Assembly: GCA_965267335.1 (NCBI GenBank)
Contig: OZ253953.1
Span: 4,270,707 to 4,334,706, forward strand
Reading direction: 5' to 3'
DNA: 64,000 nucleotides
Source of the DNA: Cytophagales bacterium
GTDB lineage: Bacteria > Bacteroidota > Bacteroidia > Cytophagales > JAAEPT01
In this document: in pieces, positions 42,101 to 51,325 of the stretch
How positions within the stretch are numbered: position 1 is the stretch's first letter
How the letters are laid out: every line of letters starts with the position of its first letter
Notes under the pieces: generated by a model
The model's input: only the letters and a program-made list of their open reading frames with translations
Told to the model about the DNA's origin: nothing
The model's database searches: none
Made by a program: the position numbers and the translations under genes

Positions 42101-42602
42101 TTTTTTTATTCAGTGTCTTGGCAATTCCATATAAGTGTGCGTCCACAAAAGTTGATTTATCATCTGGTTTACTTTCAGAAGGGTTTAGCAAAGATTTCAA
42201 AATGACAGGAGACTTAACTTTTACCTGATCAAGTTCATAGCCATTTTCCGTTTCAAACTTTTCTTTTAAGCGTTCGTAATCGCTGCTATCCAATAACTCC
42301 TCAGGTTCAATGACTTCCTTCGAATCAAACATGTTTGTAAAAAGATGTCTCACCATAGTATCAGGATGGACTTCCATAGCAAAATTATCGCACTTTTCAA
42401 TGGACACCATTACCGAATCGCTGAAGTTGAAAGCTCGGGCATCTTTTACGTGCATCGTCCCAAACAAGTAGGACGAGCGTGGTAAATCTTTATGATCAAT
42501 TCTCCATAGAAGACTATAATTTTCTTGTGCTCTGGAGTTATGAAATATAAGAGCGAATAAAAATAGAACTAATGTTTTTTTAGAGAGCAACCGTAGATTC
42601 AT
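39129..42602 (-). CDS. TraB/GumN family protein with long C-terminal extension
   Basis: SLLWRI...SYLFGTMH, GLE, RN, FSAVGTAHLPG. Confidence 0.85.
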   Translation of the reverse strand: MNLRLLSKKTLVLFLFALIFHNSRAQENYSLLWRIDHKDLPRSSYLFGTMHVKDARAFNFSDSVMVSIEKCDNFAMEVHPDTMVRHLFTNMFDSKEVIEPEELLDSSDYERLKEKFETENGYELDQVKVKSPVILKSLLNPSESKPDDKSTFVDAHLYGIAKTLNKKIFGLEDVQVQIDMFNGKSPESQKAELLELIDSDKDVYKIELEVLTQIYEEGDVDVIESFVGSSGLEDSLMISRNTQMTESIIDLMKKGSTFSAVGTAHLPGRYGIIELLRAQGYVVTQVEASFTGVAQNYKVDVQKMKWVTYSNKEYGYSIEIPNKPFKLDFIPILDMQLYPDLTDGSYYGLMTMHLPTGEQYNEDELIKTIIQTYKKDEATTVISKKRIVKDGDKAFDILLEKGSVGQIRMQLFVKNSTLYGAYVGHGSNNLESPIYNRFFNSFKSFKKSSPTESDWIEFKNSNGAFSCLVPVQPKPSISETSGGEDSEPYKINMFMSLSLKDNANYIIAYNDFPVGYYLEDPDSGLQELVKVLAKSGSSISEVDTIWKDGFPGRKFNMLLNDQFYCEIEVYARGNRYYKFIRQSFNKMTPSSDDPFLGSLSFEPYASCKFADHKSDELKIAFKQFPLKKYDKDSSTEYDSYIEEIHTFDCTNPESGGVYVLQVCKLKEFTHILELDTFYKRKTDEYISWKDSIVEERKVFVDSVACREVFVKSGNSGSLKRMRIWAKGGYYYLNMGLLSKDEVYSDDANKYFNSFTFLPGHGNFGLSKSKTKDILKALKSTDTTDFKNALGAIDYNEYEINDLPLFYEALKENYPDDTSFNGVKCKIIENIGIINDSSSISFLVNLYSTPNTTDQVKYAIIQALVDFDTPLATEAYIKVFFQDPPKDIAKYHWKMFVPFRDSLTLIQNHFHELLPLLDNDQYKNDILSLAIDLLNGDSSQIKLVMDNFDRLTSLAMTDLARYKEDLGDQEYLYQREMYSYFTLMYKVTGRKVSDKYTDELLGFVKNNWLVTQALRVRIVNNLDVNKSLVKKNLKSDYYRYEIMEAYNEADKLSEVPSKYLRREGFAKLCLFNYLTNDDEPEEIELLGEVELNGDVYYCFKFNYNYGEKTDYFGIVGPFEKGNKKLNFNVSRVEYTNWDEVQVDWKKQAKEAWGEFSER

Positions 42603-42739
42603 TTGTCAATATGATGTTTATCAATAATTTAAGTCAGTTAGCGAGTTAAATAAACCTATTACATTTTGAATAAACAATTCATTACTGAGCAATTATACAA
42701 AAGTACCTGACCTCTGTTCTAGTTCTTCTTGATATAAAA

Positions 42740-43015
42740 CTAGATATAGAAAGGATTCCCTCCTGCAATGGACAGAATATATAATACAGGTAAACCCACA
42801 ATAAGAACATAGTTCAGTTTCTTGAAGAACAAATTTTTTGTGATTAGTGAGTTCGACATGGCTAACGGAAGCTTGGCAAAGAACATATAAACGGCCACCT
42901 CCAGGCTAATCACTGCATGAGACTCCGCATCATGCCAATGGCCTGTTTCAACAAAACCCCAGCGGAGAATTAAAAAATAGGTAGCCAATATTAGAATGGT
43001 TACAACAACTTTCAT
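42740..43015 (-). CDS. Small hypothetical membrane protein
   Basis: 91 aa with three hydrophobic segments; no motif recognised. Confidence 0.45.
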   Translation of the reverse strand: MKVVVTILILATYFLILRWGFVETGHWHDAESHAVISLEVAVYMFFAKLPLAMSNSLITKNLFFKKLNYVLIVGLPVLYILSIAGGNPFYI

Positions 43016-43398
43016 GTAACCAATCTAGTAAGTGCCTCATCAAGTATTAAACCATTATCTAAATTTCACGGACTTTTCAAAAACTTATAGTTAGCTAAAA
43101 TTCATATGCTTGCCCTGAGGGTAGCACATAATTCGGTGAAAGCCTACTCTCGGCTTTTCCGGCTTTTCTTTGCTAATATTTCTTTTACCTGAAGGTGCTC
43201 CTGAGCCGCTCCCTCATGCTCAAAAACATCTAAATGAAGACCTGCTAGTACACTATACATTGCTCTGTTTACTTTTAAGTTGGATATACAAATTAGTTTC
43301 TAACTATTAAGAAAACTTGGCCATCAGGTTAAAGAATCATCAATTCTATGTATTACAAGTTCATTGATCCTGAACATTTTATTTACGAGCTTAGTCCA

Positions 43399-44043
43399 AT
43401 GAAAACCTTTCTATACAGAGTTATATTACTTAGCCTTTGCTCATGTACTACGCCTCAAAAAATTCTGAAGAATAGTATTAGCTATCATGATCCTGATAAC
43501 CGATGGAATTCTTTTCAAGGCACCATCTCACTGAAGAGTAACTTCGGAGAGCAACCAGAAATCATTGATATAAGTCTGAATAATCCCACAAAGACAGTTA
43601 TATATGATAACCAAACTACTGAAGTGAAGGCTATATTTTCAGATACTTCATGTGTAATAGAAAATGGAGATCGTTCCTACGATGAGCTCAGCTGGACAAG
43701 AAATTTCTATCATTTCATTCTTGGCCTACCGATGACACTCAATACTTCAGATGCCAGAATCGGAGAAGAACTGACAACCGACACAATAGGTGGAAAAACG
43801 AGCTGGCGGGTGAAAATTGACTATGAAAAAGAGCAGTGGCATTTCTTCTTTGACAAAAAGACTTATCAATTGAACGGGTTTGCTTTCAATAAAAACTTCG
43901 AGAAAAAAGCAGAACGAATAATTACCGAAGGCACGACCAAAATCAATGGTATTAATTTCGTCAACCAGCGCACGTGGTGGATCACCACTGACACCCTTCA
44001 CCCAACATTAGGAGGTGTTGACCGAATTATTTTAAGCAAATAG
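43399..44043 (+). CDS. Hypothetical lipoprotein (DUF6503-like)
   Basis: LCSC lipobox, SISYHDP..RW, RNFYHFILGLPMTL. Confidence 0.65.
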   Translation: MKTFLYRVILLSLCSCTTPQKILKNSISYHDPDNRWNSFQGTISLKSNFGEQPEIIDISLNNPTKTVIYDNQTTEVKAIFSDTSCVIENGDRSYDELSWTRNFYHFILGLPMTLNTSDARIGEELTTDTIGGKTSWRVKIDYEKEQWHFFFDKKTYQLNGFAFNKNFEKKAERIITEGTTKINGINFVNQRTWWITTDTLHPTLGGVDRIILSK

Positions 44044-44136
44044 TATTTAAAAGGATTTTAGCACAGAAAATCGGTTTCTTTTAAAGTCTGTGCTCCATTT
44101 TTATCTCGAACTCACGTTATTTATTAAATTCGCAGC

Positions 44137-44505
44137 ATGGAAAACAGCCCTGAACTAGACGGTAAATATTTAGGATCAATTACAAAAGATTTTGCAGTGG
44201 TCGCAGATACTCTAAAAGAAGCTGCGTATCAATTGAGAGCACGCAAAATATCAGAGCATCCAATTTTCCCCATCGCAAAAGTTGAATTACCCATAGGGAA
44301 AATGCTAATTCCCAAGGAAGAAGTTCAACTGGAATGGAACTACTACTTTTCCCTTGTTGAAGAATTCTTAGAAAGAAATATTATCCCTGAAGAGGGAATT
44401 GAAAAATTTCAGGAAAGCTACAAGGACCCGGACGAATATTGCTGCCTATTTGTGGTAGATAAGGACTTTACCAATTTTTTGTACGTGCCGTATCCGGAGA
44501 ATTAA
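44137..44505 (+). CDS. Conserved hypothetical protein
   Basis: Clean ORF ending YKDPDEYCCLFVV...YVPYPE; TAAATTCG promoter-like element upstream. Confidence 0.75.
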   Translation: MENSPELDGKYLGSITKDFAVVADTLKEAAYQLRARKISEHPIFPIAKVELPIGKMLIPKEEVQLEWNYYFSLVEEFLERNIIPEEGIEKFQESYKDPDEYCCLFVVDKDFTNFLYVPYPEN

Positions 44506-44517
44506 ATATCATACATA

Positions 44518-45555
44518 CTACTGTTTAAAATGCTGCCACCCCTGAGCTTGAATTGGCACTTCGGTTCCTCCCTTGGTAAGTAATTTCACACCGGCTGATT
44601 TTGGTCTTATCTGACCAATCGCAATTACATCCGGTAGTTTTCTGATCTTTTCATACTCTGCCTCTGTTAGAGTAAATAGAAGCTCATAGTCTTCTCCCCC
44701 GTTAAATGCACAAGCATCAGGGCTGATATTAAACTCGAGCGCCACTTCTTTAGTGAGATCATCAATTGGAACCTGTTCGTTGTTTATTAAAATCCCGACC
44801 TCAGACTGAGTTGATAAATGAAATAATTCCGATGCGAGTCCGTCAGAAATATCAATCATTGCGTTTGGCACAACCCCTAACTCCTTGAACTCGTGAATAA
44901 TATCAAGACGTGCTTCAGGCTTTAGTATTCTCTCCACCAAATAATCCTTACCTTCCAGTTTTGGCTGCATCTCAGGGTTTTCCAAAAACACCTGCTTCTC
45001 TCTTTCCATCAACTGCAGCCCCATATAGGCAGCCCCCAAGTCTCCCGTCACGCACACTACGTCTCCTTCAACTGCTCCAGATCGCTTGGACACTTTATCC
45101 TTAGCTACTCGACCCGTAGCCGTGACCGAAATTACTAAGCCACTGGTCGATGAGGTAGTGTCCCCCCCAACCAAGTCAACCTTGTAATTTTCACAAGCTA
45201 ATTGTATGCCAGCGTATAGCTCTTCTAATGCCTCAACTGAAAATCGGTTACTGATCGCAATCCCAACCAGTATTTCAGACGGAATTCCGTTCATAGCAGC
45301 GATATCAGAAACATTGACTGCAACCGCCTTATACCCAAGATGCTTGAGAGGGGTATAGCTCATATCAAAATGAATCCCTTCAACCAGTAAATCTTTGGTG
45401 AGTAACAAAAATTCATCTCCATTGTCGACTATTGCGGTGTCATCTCCGATCCCAAGAATGGTAGAATCATTATTTGTCTTAAGCTTAGTTTTAAGCCTTT
45501 CGATAAGGCCAAACTCACCTAACTCACTAATTTCAGTACGATCATTTTTTTCCAT
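44518..45555 (-). CDS. thiL: Thiamine-monophosphate kinase
   Basis: GEFGLI, GIGDD, VNVSDIAAM, GGDTT, IDISDGL, GGEDYEL. Confidence 0.97.
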   Translation of the reverse strand: MEKNDRTEISELGEFGLIERLKTKLKTNNDSTILGIGDDTAIVDNGDEFLLLTKDLLVEGIHFDMSYTPLKHLGYKAVAVNVSDIAAMNGIPSEILVGIAISNRFSVEALEELYAGIQLACENYKVDLVGGDTTSSTSGLVISVTATGRVAKDKVSKRSGAVEGDVVCVTGDLGAAYMGLQLMEREKQVFLENPEMQPKLEGKDYLVERILKPEARLDIIHEFKELGVVPNAMIDISDGLASELFHLSTQSEVGILINNEQVPIDDLTKEVALEFNISPDACAFNGGEDYELLFTLTEAEYEKIRKLPDVIAIGQIRPKSAGVKLLTKGGTEVPIQAQGWQHFKQ

Positions 45556-45626
45556 GCAGCGAAATTAAGTAATTCGTGGTCTCTATGAAAAAATGAGGCT
45601 ATATTCCGAAGTATATTAAAACCACT

Positions 45627-46715
45627 ATGAAGAAAATACTAACTGTAGTAGGAACACGTCCCAACATTATAAAAATTACTCAATTCAGAAAAGAGGCCGC
45701 TAAGTATCCGGATATTGATTATAAACTCATCCACACCGGTCAACATTATAGCGCCAATATGAATGATGTTTTCTTCGAGGAATTGAAGCTCCAGCTACCT
45801 GACTTTTCACTGGATATCGACAAAAGCTCAGTCCTCAAACAGATTTCAGGAATTATTTCCGGGCTTGAAGAAACTGTGGCTTCCTACCAACCGGATATTA
45901 TGGTGGTTGTAGGCGATGTAAACTCAACTCTTGCTGCCGCCATTGTAGCCAATAAGTCAGGTATCAAACTAGTGCATATTGAAAGTGGTCTTCGTAGCTA
46001 TGACAAAGAGATGCCCGAGGAACACAACAGGGTAATGACTGATGCAATAACTGATATCTTTTTTATTACGGAACAAAGTGGATGGGATAACCTAATTTCG
46101 GAGGGGCACGACAAGGATAAAATGCATTTCGTGGGTAATACCATGATTGATACCCTTGTGGCTTATGATAATGACATTCGAAATTCCAAAGTGCTTGATC
46201 ATGTAAACCCATCTCGTGATGACTATGCATTGATGACCATGCACAGGCCTGGAAACGTAGATAACATCCAAGGTCTTCAGAAGCTTTCGGAAATTATCGT
46301 GGCGTTAAGCAAGGAAATGAAGGTTATTTTCCCAATACACCCGCGCACGAAAAAGAGGCTCGAAGAATTCGGGTTGTCTGATCAGTTCAAAAATGACAAT
46401 CTCGTCCTGGTTGACCCAATGGGTTATCTTGACTTCCAGAACTTAATTTTAAACTCAGTATTAGTCATTACTGATAGTGGAGGTATACAAGAAGAAACCA
46501 CCTTCAGGCAAATTCCTTGCATCACTTTACGCCCGAATACGGAACGACCATCCACACTTGAAATTGGTTCTAATACCTTGATGGAATTCGATGTAGACAA
46601 AATCCTTGATACCGTCAATGCCATAAAAAGCGGGACTTATAAATCTTATTCCATTCCTGAAAAGTGGGATGGCAAAGCCACGGAAAGGATTTTTAAAGTA
46701 CTATCGGAATTATAA
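45627..46715 (+). CDS. wecB: UDP-N-acetylglucosamine 2-epimerase (non-hydrolysing)
   Basis: VGTRPN, HTGQHY, HIESGLRS, PEEHNR, TDSGGIQEE. Confidence 0.93.
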   Translation: MKKILTVVGTRPNIIKITQFRKEAAKYPDIDYKLIHTGQHYSANMNDVFFEELKLQLPDFSLDIDKSSVLKQISGIISGLEETVASYQPDIMVVVGDVNSTLAAAIVANKSGIKLVHIESGLRSYDKEMPEEHNRVMTDAITDIFFITEQSGWDNLISEGHDKDKMHFVGNTMIDTLVAYDNDIRNSKVLDHVNPSRDDYALMTMHRPGNVDNIQGLQKLSEIIVALSKEMKVIFPIHPRTKKRLEEFGLSDQFKNDNLVLVDPMGYLDFQNLILNSVLVITDSGGIQEETTFRQIPCITLRPNTERPSTLEIGSNTLMEFDVDKILDTVNAIKSGTYKSYSIPEKWDGKATERIFKVLSEL

Positions 46716-46810
46716 AACAGAACATTTTCTTACATGCTACGTATTAAAGTTGAATCACCCAAATGATTTGAACTAGTTAAAGCAAGTTTTACACCTCAAA
46801 TACGTACATT

Positions 46811-47164
46811 ATGAAAAGATCAGCTCTATTATTTATTGCTTCATTCCTATTTATAAATCTCAGTTTTGCAGGCCCGAACAATAAAGGCGGAAAGTACATG
46901 ACCGTCACCGTCATTCAAGGTAAAGGACAAACAGAAATACTTGTTCATCAAGGAGGTAAAGAACTGGAGGATAAGGTTGTAAAAACACCAGGTGATGACT
47001 CCAAAGATATAGATGTAGCGAGAGAACAAGAATATAACGCAGCAATTGATATGCTCAATAAATTTGCTGAAGAAGGTTGGGAAGTGGTGAATGTGAGTGT
47101 CTCAATGGCAGGAAGCGATCAGGTACATCCCTATACTGTGTATCTACTCTGGAAGAAGCATTAA
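46811..47164 (+). CDS. Hypothetical secreted protein
   Basis: Signal peptide; C-terminal LNKFAEEGWEVV motif. Confidence 0.7.
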   Translation: MKRSALLFIASFLFINLSFAGPNNKGGKYMTVTVIQGKGQTEILVHQGGKELEDKVVKTPGDDSKDIDVAREQEYNAAIDMLNKFAEEGWEVVNVSVSMAGSDQVHPYTVYLLWKKH

Positions 47165-47186
47165 AATATTAAAACCCAAATTTTAC

Positions 47187-47218
47187 GGTCCTGTGATCTA
47201 TTTGCAGGGCCTTTTTTA
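47187..47218 (+). terminator. Intrinsic terminator
   Basis: GGTCCTG...CAGGGCC followed by TTTTTT. Confidence 0.65.
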
Positions 47219-47890
47219 TGGGTTCATTTCAATAATTTCCTGCCTGAGCTTTTTAGTAATTATGCCCTGAAGTTCGGCTGGAGTTGGGGAGACATCTCCT
47301 GATAATTTTCGGATGTTTTCATATGCTATTTTCTCGGATGCACCAACCATCGCCCTCAAGTAAGCCATATCATTTACTTTTCCATTATAAGTCGCGGCCT
47401 TTTTAGCCAACTCATGTAAATTGAAGTTCTTTGAAATTTCAACGAGGTCAAAATAATCCCGATATACTTTCCTGGATAGTATGGCTTCCAGTTTGCATAT
47501 AGCTATACCTTCTAATGTTCCAATGGATATGCTGTCAGTGATTTTAGTGGACTTGATTGGCTTCTCCTGGACATCGTTTTGTACATAACTCACCTTGACA
47601 TTATCGACTATCATATCGAGATGATTTTCAGAAAGTATATCTACCCGACTAACATCAAAAGTATTTCGAAAAAAGCCAATGATTGCTCCTTGATTGTATG
47701 TCCCTTTATTATTTGACTTCCATGAAAAAAAATCAAGATCTTCACTATATCGGTGCTGTAAATGACAGGCTAAACCAGTACCACCGATTAAAATGAAATG
47801 TTTCTGAAAATCAGGTGGGCTAGCTACGAGTTTCTGAAATAAGAGCTTCGTAGCTTCGGGCATCACCTTGCTGGCTTGTTCTATATTCAT
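47216..47890 (-). CDS. AbiEii/AbiGii-type nucleotidyltransferase (putative type IV TA toxin)
   Basis: LIGGTGL, HRYSEDLDFF, KLEAILSR...RDYFDL. Confidence 0.88.
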   Translation of the reverse strand: MNIEQASKVMPEATKLLFQKLVASPPDFQKHFILIGGTGLACHLQHRYSEDLDFFSWKSNNKGTYNQGAIIGFFRNTFDVSRVDILSENHLDMIVDNVKVSYVQNDVQEKPIKSTKITDSISIGTLEGIAICKLEAILSRKVYRDYFDLVEISKNFNLHELAKKAATYNGKVNDMAYLRAMVGASEKIAYENIRKLSGDVSPTPAELQGIITKKLRQEIIEMNP

Positions 47891-48392
47891 TCTGGAGCTG
47901 ATTAAATTTTATGTAGGGGTCAGATTTTGGAAATAACATCATAGTGATATAAATATTCTGACTTTCAAATTGAGGCTGAGCAGAGTATTGACTCATCCAA
48001 CAGTCAATAATCGTTTGTCGTTCATATGATCTCAACAGTAATGAAATATGACTACTACTTCCATACAATATTATTTTTCCAATAAGCTCATTATCGGATA
48101 AATCTTCATATGACCAATTGAGATGATTACTATATATATATTTTCTTAAATAAGCTTTTATATTATTGGGGCTATACAACTTCCTCCAGAAGGCATCAGG
48201 CCTCAATCCATAATAAGGTAAAAGCCTCATAAGTTTTTCAATTGTAGGTGATACTACACCATTTTCATATTGATGTAGGTTCTTTATGTCAACTCCTGAA
48301 TTCTCCGAAATATCCCTTAAGGATACCCCTTTAGATGTCCGGGTGGAGTGAAGCAACTGACCAACCAGGGCACTATGTACGCCAATTTCCAT
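47820..48392 (-). CDS. XRE-family HTH fused to a DUF6922-like domain (putative antitoxin/regulator)
   Basis: RTSKGVSLRDISENSGV...YENGVVSPT HTH; C-terminal LNWSY...IGKIILYG. Confidence 0.75.
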   Translation of the reverse strand: MEIGVHSALVGQLLHSTRTSKGVSLRDISENSGVDIKNLHQYENGVVSPTIEKLMRLLPYYGLRPDAFWRKLYSPNNIKAYLRKYIYSNHLNWSYEDLSDNELIGKIILYGSSSHISLLLRSYERQTIIDCWMSQYSAQPQFESQNIYITMMLFPKSDPYIKFNQLQNEYRTSQQGDARSYEALISETRS

Positions 48393-48507
48393 AAACAAAA
48401 ATAATTATTTGTTGGTAAATATACCAATTATATTATCCAAACATGATCCATACACCTATTATTCTTGCCGCGAAATCATATCTTTCAATCCTTGATCCCG
48501 AAAAACA

Positions 48508-48912
48508 TTATTTCAGACCCTGACACAACTCAATTAGTACCCCATTCACATCTTTGGGATGTAAAAAACAGATCAACTTATTATCTGCTCCTGCTTTTGG
48601 TTCGTTATTTAACACCGTAAATCCTTCCTCCTTCATCCGCTGAATCTCTGCCTTGATATCATCTACCTCAAAAGCGATGTGATGGATTCCCTCTCCTCTT
48701 TTCTCTATGAATTTCGCAATTGGGCTCTCTGCGGTTGTTGCAACCAATAACTCCACTTTGCTTTGACCCAGCTCATAAAAAATGGTCAATACTCCTTCCG
48801 ATTCAACTTCTTCCTTTTTAGTAGGCTGAAAACCCAAAACTCTGGCAAACACCTGAGTGGCATTCTCTTCTGACTTTACCGCTATACCGATGTGATCTAT
48901 GTGTTTGAGCAT
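48508..48912 (-). CDS. mce: Methylmalonyl-CoA epimerase
   Basis: IDHIGIAV, GEGIHHIAF, FLHPK..GVLIEL. Confidence 0.95.
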   Translation of the reverse strand: MLKHIDHIGIAVKSEENATQVFARVLGFQPTKKEEVESEGVLTIFYELGQSKVELLVATTAESPIAKFIEKRGEGIHHIAFEVDDIKAEIQRMKEEGFTVLNNEPKAGADNKLICFLHPKDVNGVLIELCQGLK

Positions 48913-49011
48913 ACACTATTTTGTTGACTAGAACAGTTTTGATTAATTTTGCGTTAATTATTTATAAAAGCAAGCCCAAAACCTTTTGGGTTTGATTAAG
49001 TTTACAAATCT

Positions 49012-49338
49012 ATGATCACGGTTACAGACAAAGCGAAAGACAGAATCCTTGAACTACGCAAGGAAGAAGGCTATGATAATAGCTACCAGGTGAGAGTTTC
49101 CGTGAAAGGCGGAGGCTGTTCAGGGCTCATGTACGACCTTGACTTCGACAACAACATTGAAGAAGCTGATGAAAAATTTGAGGACAAGGGTATTACCATC
49201 CTCTGTGACAAAAAGAGTCTTTTGTATCTGTTAGGAACTACGCTTGATTTTTCTGATGGTTTGAACGGAAAAGGATTCCAATTCATCAACCCCAATGCAA
49301 CCAGAACCTGTGGTTGTGGAGAAAGTTTTTCAGTCTAA
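49012..49338 (+). CDS. A-type Fe-S cluster assembly protein (IscA/HesB)
   Basis: GGGCSG and NPNATRTCGCGESF. Confidence 0.95.
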   Translation: MITVTDKAKDRILELRKEEGYDNSYQVRVSVKGGGCSGLMYDLDFDNNIEEADEKFEDKGITILCDKKSLLYLLGTTLDFSDGLNGKGFQFINPNATRTCGCGESFSV

Positions 49339-49422
49339 AACAACAACTTTTACTTATTTGATTCCCCCCTGTTATCACACAGGATCAAATGGTGTGACTC
49401 AATTATGTTGGTGTTTGAATTT

Positions 49423-51315
49423 TTAGTAGGCCCTGACTGTCTTTCCTTCCATGAAGTTCACAAAAGCCTTATTCACTACCTTGTTGCCTCCGAAAGTCGG
49501 ATAGTCTCCAGTAAAATACCAGTCTCCTGTGTGATTGGGGCATGCTTGATGTAATCCTTCTACAGTTTGGTAAATAACTTGTACTTCTGCTTTGATGTCC
49601 TTTGGCCTTACTATTTCTGCTATCTTATCCTCTATTTGCTTGTCTGAAAACAAACCATAAAGCTCCTTCACGTAATTTGGAGAACCTTCTCTGGATATTT
49701 TGGAGCGATTACACTTATCATATACATCGTCCAATTTAAACTCTTGTTGAGACTCCTTCAACAATTCAAGTAGCGCTCTGAAAGCAACAAACTCCTTCAT
49801 CTTGGACATATCAATACCATAACAATCGGGGTACCTAATGGCCGGAGCAGAAGAAACGATAATAATCTTTTTGGGGCCCAGACGATCCAGCATCTTGATA
49901 ATGCTCTTTTCTAATGTGGTACCACGGACAATCGAATCATCGATTACGACCAAAGTATCAACCCCCTTCTTGATCACTTCATAAGTCGTATCATATACGT
50001 GAGCGACCATATCATCTCGGGCATTATCATCTGTGATAAAGGTCCGCAGTTTCACGTCTTTGATAACCAGTTTTTCAATTCTGGGTTTTAAACCGAGAAT
50101 GCGATTTAGCTCTTGTTCATCCGTTTCCTTATCCTTGATAATTGCCTTTTTCTTTACTTTCAGCAAATGGTCTTCCAGACCTTCAATCATACCCCAGAAA
50201 GAGGTTTCGGCAGTATTTGGAATGTAAGAAAAAACCGTGTTTTCTAAATCATAATCTACTGACTCCAAAATCTGAGGAACCAGATTTTTTCCGAGCTTCT
50301 TTCTTTCGGCATAAATCTCGGGATCTGTCCCTCTTGAAAAATAAATCCTTTCAAAAGAACAAGATTTTTTCTCCAATTGATCAATAAACGGCTTTTCGGA
50401 GAACTCACCACTCTTTTCTATAATCAACGCAGACCCGGGAGTCACTTCCTTAATTTCATTGAAATCAATATTAAACGCTGTTTTGATTGCCGGCTTTTCA
50501 GAAGCTACAACCACAATTTCATCATCAGCATAATAGTACGCAGGCCTGATACCAGCCGGATCTCGTGCCACAAAGGATGCTCCGTAGCCAGTTAGTCCGC
50601 ACATGGCGTACCCTCCGTCAAAGTCTTTACATGATCGCCTTAATACTCTTTGTAAATCCAACTCATCCTGGATAATACCTGATATTTCCTGATTGGTATA
50701 TTGATCCTTATACTTTCTGAAAATTCTTTCGTTCTCCTCATCCAGAAAGTGACCGATCTTTTCAAGTACAGTAACCGTATCAGCCTTCTCTTTTGGGTGC
50801 TGACCTAGTTCAACTAGCTTATGAAATAAATCATCGACATTGGTCATGTTGAAGTTACCCGCAACAACTAAATTTCTACTTCTCCAGTTGTTCTGTCTCA
50901 GGAATGGATGACAACTTTCAATACTGTTCTTTCCGTGGGTTCCGTATCTTAAATGCCCTAACAGTACCTCACCTGTAAAAGCTACATTTTCCTGTAGCCA
51001 CTTTCCGTCCTTCTTCTTGTCTTTGTTCCTTTTAAGTGATTTTGAAAATTTTTTATCGACCCGTTTAAAAATATCTGAAATCGGGTTTGGTTGAATCGAC
51101 CTGTAGCGACTGATGTATTTAGTTCCCTGCGGAACGTCAATTTTTATAGTTGCCAGCCCGGCCCCATCCTGACCTCTGTTATGCTGCTTCTCCATCAAGA
51201 GATACATCTTGTTGAGCGCATAAAAGGGCGTGCCGTATTTGTCTACATAATAGGAGTATGGCTTGCGAAGGCGAATAAGTGCGATACCGCACTCATGTTT
51301 TATTATGTCACTCAT
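49423..51315 (-). CDS. purF: Amidophosphoribosyltransferase
   Basis: HE-CGI N-terminal nucleophile, HNRGQDGAG, HLRYGT, VIDDSIVRGTT. Confidence 0.9.
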   Translation of the reverse strand: MSDIIKHECGIALIRLRKPYSYYVDKYGTPFYALNKMYLLMEKQHNRGQDGAGLATIKIDVPQGTKYISRYRSIQPNPISDIFKRVDKKFSKSLKRNKDKKKDGKWLQENVAFTGEVLLGHLRYGTHGKNSIESCHPFLRQNNWRSRNLVVAGNFNMTNVDDLFHKLVELGQHPKEKADTVTVLEKIGHFLDEENERIFRKYKDQYTNQEISGIIQDELDLQRVLRRSCKDFDGGYAMCGLTGYGASFVARDPAGIRPAYYYADDEIVVVASEKPAIKTAFNIDFNEIKEVTPGSALIIEKSGEFSEKPFIDQLEKKSCSFERIYFSRGTDPEIYAERKKLGKNLVPQILESVDYDLENTVFSYIPNTAETSFWGMIEGLEDHLLKVKKKAIIKDKETDEQELNRILGLKPRIEKLVIKDVKLRTFITDDNARDDMVAHVYDTTYEVIKKGVDTLVVIDDSIVRGTTLEKSIIKMLDRLGPKKIIIVSSAPAIRYPDCYGIDMSKMKEFVAFRALLELLKESQQEFKLDDVYDKCNRSKISREGSPNYVKELYGLFSDKQIEDKIAEIVRPKDIKAEVQVIYQTVEGLHQACPNHTGDWYFTGDYPTFGGNKVVNKAFVNFMEGKTVRAY

Positions 51316-51325
51316 TATTAGAGCT

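Noticed and set aside
43144-43260. 38-aa minus-strand ORF (MYSVLAGLHLDVFEHEGAAQEHLQVKEILAKKSRKSRE)
   Set aside because: Too short and without motif or expression signal; could be a gene remnant but this cannot be supported.
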